DNA from: Octopus sinensis
Lineage: Eukaryota
Assembly (NCBI RefSeq): GCF_006345805.1
Contig: NC_043002.1
Location: forward strand, 93,248,001 to 93,312,000
DNA: 64,000 nt
Direction: 5' to 3'
In this document: piece by piece, positions 49,870 to 61,576 of the stretch
Numbering within the stretch: the first letter of the stretch is position 1
How the letters are laid out: each line of letters opens with the position of its first letter
Made by a program: the position numbers and the translations under genes
Notes under the pieces: generated by a model
The model's database searches: none
What the model was told of the DNA's origin: nothing
The model's input: only the letters and a program-made list of their open reading frames with translations

Positions 49870-51978
49870 ATATATATGTAGTGTAGGTATCAGTTTGAGG
49901 AGTTTAAGACTTCTAAGGGATAATTAAATCCTGTGATTACCTGAGTAGGTACAGTCCTTTGTACAGTTGTACAGTAGCAGGTAGTTCAGTGGGTAAAATC
50001 GTATATATATATTATCATCATTTAACGTCCGTTCTCCATGCTAGCATGGGTTGGATGGTTTGACCAGGGATCTGGGAAGCCAGAAGGCTCCACCAGGCTC
50101 CAGTCTGATCTGGCAGTATTTCTACAGCTGGATGCCCTTCCTAACGCCAACCACTCCGTGAGTGTAGTGGGTGCTTTTTACGTGCCACTGGCACAGGTGC
50201 CAGGTGAGGCTGGCAACGGCCCACGATCGGATTGGTGCTTTTTACATGCTACCGGCATCATAGTAATAGCCAATGCTAGCATCATGTAATAGTCATGGCC
50301 AATGCTGGTGTCATGTAACTGACATGTGAGCCGGTGGCATGTAAAAAGGGCCTTTCGAGCATTGGGCCTCACAGAGGTAAGGTGGCCAATGCTGGTGGGA
50401 TGTGAAAAGCATCTTTTGAGTGTTGGGATTCATGGAGGCAATGATAAAATGACCAAAAACTTTGGCATTATGCCGTTCTTTGAGATGAAGACCCACGTAA
50501 AAGCACCCATTACACTCTTGGAGTGGTTGGCATTAGGAAGGACATCTAGTTGTAGAAACCATGCTAAATCAGACTGGTGTCTGGTGCAGCCTTCCAGTTT
50601 GCCAGTGCTAGCCAAACCATCCAACCCATGCCAGCATGAACAATGAATGTTAAATGATGATATATATTGTTGTTTTAAACACACACATATATATGTATGT
50701 ATATGCTAGAAGCTGTACCTGGGTTTATTAATACTTAAAATAATAACAAGAATTCACTATATTTTAGATAAATTACTTTCTAAAGTTTCTGGCAACCATC
50801 AATGATAAACCCTCATTTGGTTTAAGAATATTGATTCCTTCAGAACTGTTCCACCCAAGCAATTCAGTTGGCTCACACTGTGCTTCATAAAAATACATAA
50901 AACAATAAAGAATTAAAATATTTATTCTTACATATTTTATTTTCTAGAAAAACCTGCTTTTTTCAAAACGTTGTGCTACTTTACCTAAATGAATTATATA
51001 TACTGTTTACTAACAAGAATAATTTTCTCACCCCAAAATGAAAATCATATCAATCATTGATTAATGCTATTTTTTTTCTCACCACATATTTATATCAGGT
51101 TAGTTTTGTAAAATGCTCCTTTCATGTTAACAATAACTTATTTGCGGAACGATTCATTCTGCTATAATCTTTGATAATATATACTTATTGCTTTGTGCAT
51201 GTTTGTTTATTATCCATTTTGCCATGCTAGCATTGGCTGAGGGAGGATTTTACAGCTGGATGGTCTTCTTGCCACCAACCCTTACATGTTTTTCAAGTGA
51301 GAGAATTCATTATTCCATAGGTATTTGAACATACAGATTGACTAGTGATAATCTCAATATACAGATTGACTAATGATATATATAGATAGGTTTATATATA
51401 TGTATGTTTATATATTCATATGTGTATATATGTATGTATGTATATATGTATTTATATATATATATATATATATATCTGGATGGCCAGATAACCAAAGAGA
51501 TGGTGTTGTGGATTTCCACCTCGGCATCCGAAACTCAGAGTTTTATCTTGGCTACCGAATAATTGTCACATATTGTTTTGCAGATAAATTTCCTCTATTT
51601 ACATAATATTGAGGTCTCTTTCTTTCTTTTGTTATCTTACTGTTTTTACCAATATATATATATATATATCATAGCTGCACTCTTGTTACACAAGAAAAGG
51701 CATTGCCAAAAAGACTTGCTGAAATGATTCATTAGTGATGCCATGTGATGCCCTCATATGACTTTTAAGCCCTGCCAAACTTTTACACATTTTATTACAT
51801 ACTGGACAACTGTGCTGACTGGCAGGAGAAACAGGTGACACCATATTCACTTTCTTAACATAGTATATAATATATATATGATTTTCAATAAAGATGTTTT
51901 ATTACTGTTATTAGTGGTATTAACAAGGTAATATTAAGGTGGCCAGCAAGTTCACAACATTACAGGCATAATATAAGA

Positions 51979-52097
51979 AAAATTTAGATTCAGTAGGGTA
52001 TATAATACTACTTGCTAAAATCAGAGCCAAAACTCCAAAACCACCATAAACTCACATTTTAGCAAGTGTTATTATATATCCCACTGAATCTAAGTTT
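51979..52097. mobile_element. Mini hairpin MITE
   Basis: ~40-bp imperfect inverted repeats (ttagattcagtagggtatataatactacttgctaaaat and its reverse complement) around a 34-nt spacer. Confidence 0.55.
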
Positions 52098-52322
52098 GCT
52101 ATATATATATATATATAAATGACTGGCACTCCGTCGCTTATGACGACGAGGATTCCAGTTGATCCGATCAACGGAACAGCCTGCTCGTGAAATTAACGTG
52201 CAAGTGGCTGACCACTCCACAGACACATGTACCCTTAAAGTAGTTCTCGAAGATATTCAGCATGACACAGAGTGTGACAAGGCTGGCCCTTTGAATTACA
52301 TATATATATATATATATATATA

Positions 52323-52485
52323 CACACCATATTTTAACATGTATAAAGAATGCCCTAATTTGGGGGGCTTAAAATTTGGAAAAGGTTTTGTAAGGGATTC
52401 TAATACTATACATGTATAAGAAACTCCAATATTTTTTAAACCTAATTTTTGACAAAAAGGGGTTCCTGATACATGTTAAAATATG

Positions 52486-52490
<5 letters not shown>
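52323..52490. mobile_element. MITE with 22-bp TIRs in a TA tract
   Basis: cacaccatattttaacatgtat ... atacatgttaaaatatggtgtg. Confidence 0.65.
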
Positions 52491-52517
<27 letters not shown>

Positions 52518-52539
52518 CATCATCATATATATATACAGG

Positions 52540-53759
52540 CAGGGGTTGGACAAAATAATGTGAACACCTAGCATCATAATTTTGAAATATTTATAAAACC
52601 ATCGAAAGCTTGTTTATTTTTATGTTTTTTGATTTATCATTAGTGTTGCTTAATATGTTTTGCTGAAATTGCTGTTTCTTTTCAGATATCATAAGAAAAA
52701 GGTAATTAAAATTCATTAAAATTACAGATCTATTGGACTTTCAAATAGGTCAAGTTGTATGGCAGGCACTAGCATAGCAAAAACAGCCGAAATGTTTGGT
52801 GTATCAAGAAGTACTGTCTCGAAAATAATGACAGCCTTTGAGAAAGAGGGAAAAACCTCCTCATCAAAACAAAACTCCAGAAGATAACCAAAACTTTCAG
52901 ATAGGGACCGTTGGACTCTTACACGAATTGCTAGAAAGGATCACAAAAGTACAGCTCCCAAAATTACTGCAGAATTTAATAACCACCTCAAGAACTCAGC
53001 TTCTACAAAAACTGTTCACCGGGAGCTACACAAAGCTGGATTTCATGGGAGGGCTTCAACCAGAAAACCACTACTTTCAAAAACAAATGTTGCAAAGCAT
53101 TTAGAGAGGAATAAAAATCTACAGAATTGGTCCCTAGAATAGTGGAAGAATGTTATTTTCTCAGACGAGTCAGCCTTTACCTTATTTCCAACTACTGGCT
53201 GAGTATACGTGTTTGACCCAGACTGCCTTCTTCCAACTGTTAAACACGGAGGAGGATCTGTGATTATCTGGGGGTTATATCTCGGAAATCCGCCAGCCTT
53301 CGTGGCAGAATTAATAGTCAAGAACATTTAAGCATTTTATCTGATCAAATTCATCCTATGGTTGCAGATCTGTTTCCTGTGGGAAACACAATCTTTCAGG
53401 ATCATAATGCACCAATTCACACAGCTAAAGTTGTTACTGAATGGCACAAGGAACATTCTAGTGAAGTTGAACATCTTATCTGGCCACCATAGTCCACAGA
53501 TCTCAATATTATTGAACATTTATGGTGCATTTTAGAAAAACAAGTAAGGAGTCGATATCCTCCACCATCATAACTACAAGAACTGGAGACTGTTTTAGCT
53601 GAAGAATGGACAAAAATTCCTTTGGAAACAATTCAAACTTGTATGAGTCTGTACCTCATAGAATTCAAGCTGTAATTACTGCCAAAGGCGATCATGCCCC
53701 ATATTAAAATAAATTTGCTTGAAACTTTAAGGTGTTCCCATTATTTTGTCCAACCCCTG
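52540..53759 (+). mobile_element. Tc1-family (DD34E-type) transposon with pseudogenised transposase
   Basis: 29-bp TIRs caggggttggacaaaataatg(t/g)gaacacc, with TA at the right end. Broken ORF retains AEMFGVSRSTVSKIM, VIFSDES, TVKHGGGSVIIWG, FQDHNAPIH and DLNIIEHLW; several stops and frameshifts. Confidence 0.9.
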
Positions 53760-54038
53760 TATATATTCTTTTATGCTTTTACTTATTTCAGCCATTTGAT
53801 TGTGGCCTTGCTGGAGCACTGCCTTGAAGGGTTTTAGTTGAACAAGTTATTTTTTTAAGCCTAGTACTTATTCATTTGGTCTTTTTTGCCGAACCGCTAA
53901 GTTATGGGGATGCAAACACACCAACACTGGTTATCAAGGCTATAGTAGAAAACACTTGCCCAAAGTGCCACCCAGTAGGACTGAACCTGGAACTATGTGG
54001 TTGAGAAGCAAGCTTCTTACCACACATCCATGCCTGCA

Positions 54039-54082
<44 letters not shown>

Positions 54083-54093
54083 CATACATACAT

Positions 54094-54124
<31 letters not shown>

Positions 54125-54642
54125 TGTTTTTCTCTCTGTGTGTGTATCTTTGTCTTTACATCTGTGTTTGTCCCCCACAACTGCTTGACAATTTGTGCTG
54201 GTGTGTCTATGTCCCCATAACTTAGTGGTTTGGCAAAAGAGACTGACAGAATAAGTATGTTGCTTAAAAAAAAAGTTCTGGAATCAATTCATTCAACGAA
54301 ACTTCTTCAAGGCAGTGCCCCAGTATGGCCTCAGTCTAATGACTGAAACAAATAAAAGAAAAGATACACACATGAAATGCTCCTGCTGTTTCCCTCTACC
54401 TAATCTCCTCACATGGTATTGGTCAGCCCAGGGCTTATAGTAGGAGACATTTGCATGAAGTGCTGCACTGCAGGACCAAACCTGAAACCAAGTGGTCGCA
54501 AAGCAAACTACTTAACCACGCAGCCTTACCTGCGTCTATGCTAAATTGTAAAAACAATTGCTGTTAAGTTCTGTTTGTGTTTGATGCTACAGTGTAATAA
54601 TTTGCAATGATTTAAGTGGGGAAAATGTGAGAGATTACTTAA

Positions 54643-54863
54643 CCCTTTTGTTACTGTATTTATTTTGAGATGCTCTGTGTTTCTTTCAATTACTTTAAAT
54701 ATAACAAAGAATTTAGTAAAATAAATTAGTAATCATTCAGCTAGTGTTAGGAACATAAATTGTGACTAAGGTTTGGTGGAAGATTTTAATTTAAAACTTA
54801 AGAAAACAAGACATTTGTACAACAGAGCCAGAGCCGGTTTCAGCCGGGTTGGTAACGAAAGGG
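54643..54863. mobile_element. piggyBac-like MITE
   Basis: TTAA (54639-42)|cccttttgttac ... gtaacgaaaggg|TTAA (54864-67). A more degraded relative lies at about 31275-31500. Confidence 0.8.
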
Positions 54864-55531
54864 TTAAAGCAATCAGCAAAAGATTCTTTGAAATATGAAC
54901 CAATTGTGGCAGCTTGCCTGCTGCTCTTTGCTTCCTTTTGAAGCTGCACTCACTTTGACTGACATATTTAGCATGTAAAGAGCCTGTTTGAGGAAATAGG
55001 ACTAGTAATAAGAGATAATCAATTTATGATTTTTCAATAAATGTCATTTAATATCACTTTCATCTCTAAAATAGCTTCTTTCCTATTTTGTCTTTTTCAA
55101 TTGAAATTTTATCTTTTAATTTTCCTTGTTTTATTTTTTTATATATATATATATTTAAAAAAAATTTTAAACTTAATTTGTTTGCACTATTTTAATATAT
55201 TTTGATATTTTTAATTAGATTCATTCATTAAGTGCCAGGGAAAATTTTAAATTATGGAAAATTTTTAATCAATGGAATGAAGAACAAAAAAAAAACAAAG
55301 AAAAACACATAAAAATACTAATTTGTTGCATATTCAGATTTTTGTATTGCTAAATACCAATATTTTTTTCTTTTTCTTAAAGAATAATGGTTTGAATAAA
55401 TAAAAAAAAAATCTATAGAATTTATCTTTAGAAAAATCTACAATTTTCAATCAGCAAATGAATATATTTGTATGAGAGTTTTTTTAAAATAAATATCAAA
55501 GAGAAAAAAAGCAAATAATAAGTGGTCAGTC

Positions 55532-55945
55532 GGATCTTTTCGGTTTGAACGGCAGTTTTTTCTAGCGGTGTCATATGAAATTGTCACCCATAATTATGAC
55601 CCTAGTATTGATCTATTGCATTTCAATCTGTTTTAGGGTTAGGGTTAGGGGAAGGGTATCTTTTTTTCTTCACAAATGTAAATAAACCCAATCTGTTTCT
55701 TAAACGAGGGACATATTCATACGGCACAATGTTTTTTTTTACCTCAATAGACATCACTGATTGGTTGAAATTGCAGAAATTGAAGAAAAAAAAACAACAA
55801 ATATCTTACAAACCATAGAATTTTCTCAATAAAGCCAAGAGAAAAAGATGTATTATTAACACATTCTACCAATATACGAAGTTTAAAATTTTTTAGTTAC
55901 CTAGAAATTATGTTAAAAAAACTGCCGTTCAAACCGAAAAGATCC
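55532..55945. mobile_element. Merlin-like MITE, full 414-bp copy
   Basis: Perfect TIRs ggatcttttcggtttgaacggcagttttt; flanks ggtcagtc / ggtcagtt (8-bp TSD, 7/8 match). Confidence 0.8.
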
Positions 55946-56879
55946 GGTCAGTTTCATTAAATCAAGACTACTAAATTCAAGCCTTCATTCAGTTTGGTAT
56001 GCAAAGTCTGCATGTTACTTGAGTTAGTTATCACCCGAAGAACTGTTGGTACAGTTTTTGAGATCATCTTTTGAACTTTCAGTGTTGCATGGAAAACAAT
56101 GACATATTTTTCTGATACATTTATCATCATTATCATTTAACATCCATTTTCCATGCTGGTAAAGTGAGAAATGAGCTGGGCATATCTGAATGAAAGTGGC
56201 TTGAGACCAATAGTGAAAAAGGCAGAGAGAGGAGACATGCCTGTTGGTCAGCAATTGGAATGTATTGCTGCCTGACTTTATAACAGCTGGTGTTGTTTTT
56301 TTTTATGTCTGTATTAGTTTGCATGTTTAGCAGTAACACCATCTGTGTGTGAAGTAGTTACACTGTATGTGTAACAATAACTCTGTATGCGTGAAAGTAT
56401 CACCATCTATATGTGACAATGGCACTGTCACCAATGTGGGTTTCACCAGAGCTATAATACAGAGTTAGTAATTGATGGAGGGTGAAGCCTTTTCTGACTC
56501 AGAAAAGAAACATCAGTCTTTGTGAGGTCGTCTTTGTTATATTGAAGATGTGCATTTGCCCGAAGAGATGCTCAGTTATAGTGAGGTTTAGCAATTGTTG
56601 TGAGTGTGTGTGTGTGGGGTGTGTGTACAGTATTAGTTTTCTTGATATAATGAGACAAGACCCCATTAAAGGATATTTTCAAGGCTTCACTTCATGAAGT
56701 CAATGCAGGTTTGGTGTAGAATGTCTAGTTTATTTGTAGATTGTGCTTGGGCAGGGAACATTAGGGATGTATAAAGGATGATATTATATGCCTAAGTGTG
56801 AGCTTTGGGAAGTGACAGTAAAAAGGGGATCGGTGTAGTCATAAAAATTATAATTTTAAGCTGGTAGAGTGGGGGTTGT

Positions 56880-57280
56880 GGCTGTGTGGTAAGTAGCTTG
56901 CTTACTGACCACATGGTTCCAGGTTCAGTCCCACAGCAGGGTACCTTGGGCAAGTGTCTTCTACTATAGCCTCGGGTCAACCAAAGCCTTGTGAGTGGAT
57001 TTGGTAGACGGAAACTGAAAGAAGCCCGTCGTATATATGTATATATACATTATATGTGTGTGTGTGTGTATGTTTGTGTATCTGTGTTTGTCCCCCCCAA
57101 CATCGCTTGACAACCGATGCTGGTGTGTTTATGTCCCTGTAACTTAGCAGTTCGGCAAAAGAGACTGATAGAATAAGTATTAGGCTTACAAAGAATAAGT
57201 CCTGGGGTTGATTTGCTCGACTAAAGGCGATGCTCCAGCATGGCCACAGTCAAATGACTGAAACGAGTAAAAGAGTAAAG
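56880..57280 (+). mobile_element. SINE family A, full copy
   Basis: Complete head, microsatellite, body and gagtaaaagagtaaag tail. Other full or partial copies at about 503-653, 4800-5228, 7440-7670, 8230-8440, 11615-11775, 14515-14735, 26859-27185, 49415-49790, 53770-54540, 58820-59010, 60030-60315, 60940-61155, 61620-62170 and 62640-62785. Confidence 0.85.
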
Positions 57281-58084
57281 TCAAGCAACCATTTTGAGTC
57301 ATCTATAGTTTGTTACAGAAGTATACAGACTGTACTATCATATTACAGAAGCATTTGAATAATTCACAGATGCTTCTGAAAATAATATTTATTTACAGGC
57401 TTGGAGATTCATTTTCATGATAAGAAAGGTTATTTTCCTTTCAATTTAGAGTAGGTCAGTTTATAAAGAGCTAAATGAAAATAGATAGAGTGGTTGGAAG
57501 GGGTGATTGTTGATGTCCTAATGCATGTCAACTTAGCTTATGCAGAGAAATTGGTGAGTAACATTTACCTGGCTTTGTAGAAACTCCGGGGTTAACTGTC
57601 TTGTTATAATGATAATATACAGGCTGTCATCGACTCACGACCACAATTGGTTCCAACTGACTGGTCGTGAGTCGATTTGGTCATAAGTCAGCCTATAGGC
57701 TTACATAGCTTTGTTTTATATTTTTACATTCTTATGGTTCATTCTCAGGTAAAAGTTACACATAGCATTCTGTATTATACTGTTATACTGGCATTAGTCA
57801 AAAATGTCAGTCTCAAGCAGTCATAAATAAATACGAGGTTGCCTCAATGTCTCCGTGACAGGACAGTCATCCAACACAGTGACGGTCGATAACCAAACCT
57901 AGGGGAAGCATTTGTTAACTGACATCATCTGTAGACAGGTTAATTTCTAAGAAATTAAACCCGTTAGATTTCAACTGGACTATTTATTATTGCTACTGGG
58001 ATCTGGTGTGCCAATCATCGTAAAGTTGATTGGTTGTAAGTTGGATAGGTTGTAAGTCAACAAGGACCTGTATATATATTTAAA

Positions 58085-58320
58085 GATAAAGTATACCTTG
58101 TGTCTGGCACTTGTAATAAGGTATACCTTAAATCTGCTGCCTATAATTAGGCATACTTGAGTCTGGTGCCTATTATAAGGTATACTTTGAGTCTGGTTAG
58201 TATAATAAGGTGTACCTTGAACCTTATACCTATAATAAGATATACCTTGAATCTGGTGCCTATAATAAAATGTATAAGTTATACTTTGAGTTTGGTGCCT
58301 GTAATAAGTCTGGTACCTTA
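58085..58320. repeat. 30-bp minisatellite, about 7-8 degenerate copies
   Basis: gtataccttgaatctggtgcctataataag-like unit recurs near 58091, 58121, 58151, 58181, 58211, 58241 and 58280. Confidence 0.85.
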
Positions 58321-59073
58321 GACAACTCAGCCATCCTGACAATGTGAAACAGAATGGAGAATAATATTTACTAGCAGCACCGATAGAAATTCCTGAGTTA
58401 TTTGAAAACTGTGAAATAAATGGAAGGTTATAGAGAACCACGAAAAACATAATTTCTTTTGAAATTGTATTTTCTAAAACAAATTAATCTTGAGAAGGTA
58501 CAAAAGTTTACATAGGCTGTACTGAAGGTACAGCCTTAGGGGACAACATCTTTGAAAGCTATTTTCTTTGTTAGTCTTCTATCTTGAGTGTTGTTATCAA
58601 TCATTTTTATTTTTACTTCAAGTGGTAAAATAATCTTAACTGAGAGATGAAACTGAAGACATCAGTATTCTACACTATCACCACTTGATAAAACTTTAAC
58701 AAATCATAATGTGATGTATTACATCCTCGTTTTCATATCAGAGAAAAGTTCACGTGTCTAAGATTCAAACCTATAGATCCAGTAAATGAGTATTGTAGAT
58801 GTCCCACTTACCTGTGGATTCTAAAAAAACATACCAGTAATATAGGTGCAAGTGTAACTGTATAGTAAAAAATATTTGCTTGGAAATCATGTGGTTTTTG
58901 GTTTAGTTCCACTGCATAGCACCTTGGGCAAGTGTCTTTTACTATTGTCTCAAGTTTAATAATGCTTTGAGAGTAATTTGGTAAATAGACACTGTATGAA
59001 AGCCTGTCATATATATAGGGAGATGTACTCGCATAGCAAGTAATTTGATCTGAGATCGTGTGCTGAAACGAAA

Positions 59074-59358
59074 ACAATTGCAGCGTGGAAGGTGTTTATA
59101 AGCCATTTAAGAAACACACAAAAGCTGTTCGATTCACTTCAACATTTAAGTTTAATTTGTCAAAATATTTTCGTCGCTAAAATCCGCGACCTGTTCACTG
59201 ACAAAAATCTGTGCTGCATCTCAGCACAGATTTTTTCTGAACAAGTTGCGGATTTTATCGCCGAAAATATTTCGAAAAATTAAACTTAAATGTTGAAGTG
59301 AATCGAACGGCTTTTGTGTGTTTCTTAAATGGCTTATAAACACCTTCCACGCTGCAAT

Positions 59359-59361
<3 letters not shown>
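59074..59361. repeat. 288-bp fold-back (inverted repeat, 5-nt loop catct at 59217-59221)
   Basis: The outer ~84 bp of the arms match with 1 mismatch; the inner ~60 bp show about 7 substitutions plus an indel. Confidence 0.9.
59156..59205 (-). ncRNA. Candidate minimal type-I hammerhead ribozyme (PLE-type) with G3:C8 core variant
   Basis: The - strand reads UUUGUCA-GUGAACA-G-GUCGC-GGAUUUUA-GCGAC-GAA-AAUAUU-U-UGACAAA: perfect 7-bp helix I, core GUGAACA, perfect 5-bp helix II, GAAA, palindromic helix III, and U17. Confidence 0.6.
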
Positions 59362-59940
<579 letters not shown>

Positions 59941-60314
59941 ACCCGTGCTAGCGCGGAAAGCGGACGTTAAACGATGATGATGATGATGATGATGATGATA
60001 TATATATATATATACATATATACACACGTTGGCACAGATGTGGCTGTGTGGTAAGAAGTTTGCTTTCCAACAACATGATCCTGGATTCAGTCCTTCTGTG
60101 TGGCACTTTGGGCAAGTATCTTTTACTTATTTCAGTCATTAGACTGTAGCCATGCTGGAGCACTGCCTTGAAGTATTTTAGTTGTATAAATCGACTCCAG
60201 TACTTTTTTTTTTAAACTTGGTACTTATTTTATCTATTTCTTTTGCTGAACTGCTAAGTTATGGGGAAGTAAACACATCCACAACAGTTGTCAAGTAATG
60301 GTAGGAGACAAACA

Positions 60315-60438
<124 letters not shown>

Positions 60439-61533
60439 AAATTGAACAAAAATGCAATAGAGGACAATAAAACATCCAGAGAGATAGATGATACAAAGGC
60501 AGACAGGAAAAACAACAAATTGAGGGATAGGGAAAAAAGGATGGGTCATTCATGGCTTTCTTTCGTCAGTCAGATTTCCAGATGTCCTTACAGTTTCAGG
60601 CAGTTACACTTGAAACTGTTCAATCTGGTTGCCCACCAAAAAAGCCTAAGCTAAGAGCATTAAATTTTTTGTAAGAAAGTAAGCAAATGTGTATGACAAC
60701 AAAGACTAAAAAACAGAGAACATATTTCACAATTACAAATACAAACAAGAATATAACAACAGGTGTCTTTTGACTAATGAGGACAAATGAAATCGAGCTG
60801 GCATGTATAAAGTGAAAGCCTTGAGGCAGGAACATAGGAGATGGATATAAGAGATGTTATCAGTTGGCAGTCAAACCAAGAAAGAAAGATCATGGCAGGC
60901 TGAACACTGGTCATGCGGAAGGAGATATAAATATACGTATGTGTGTATCTTTGTTTTTGTTCCCCACCACTGTTTGGCAACTGTAGTTGGTATGTTTACA
61001 GCACCATGAATTGGCAGTTCAGCAAGAGAAATTAAGAGAATAAGTACCAAGCTTAAGAAAATACTCACTGGGGTCAATACATTTGATTAAGATTCTTCAT
61101 AATGGTGCCCCAGCAGAGCCATAGTCTAATGACTGCAACAAGTAAAAGATAAAACAAATATACATAAACACACGCATCATCATCGTTTAACGTCTGCTTT
61201 CCATGCTAGCATGGGTTGGACGATTTGACTGGGATCTGGCGAACCAGATGGCTGCACCAGACTCCAATCTGATCTGGCAGAGTTTCTACAGCTGGATGCC
61301 CTTCCTAATGCCAACCACTCCCAGAGTGTAGTGGGTGCTTTTACATGCCACCGGCACAGGGGCCAGTCAGGCGGTACTAGCAATGGCCATGCTCAGATGG
61401 TGCTCTTTATGTGTCACCTGCACAGGAACCAGTCCAGCGGCACTGGCAACGACACACACATACATAAATGCATGCACAAATACATACATATATATGATAT
61501 GTATGTATGTTTGCATGTGTGTGTGTGTGTGTT

Positions 61534-61576
<43 letters not shown>

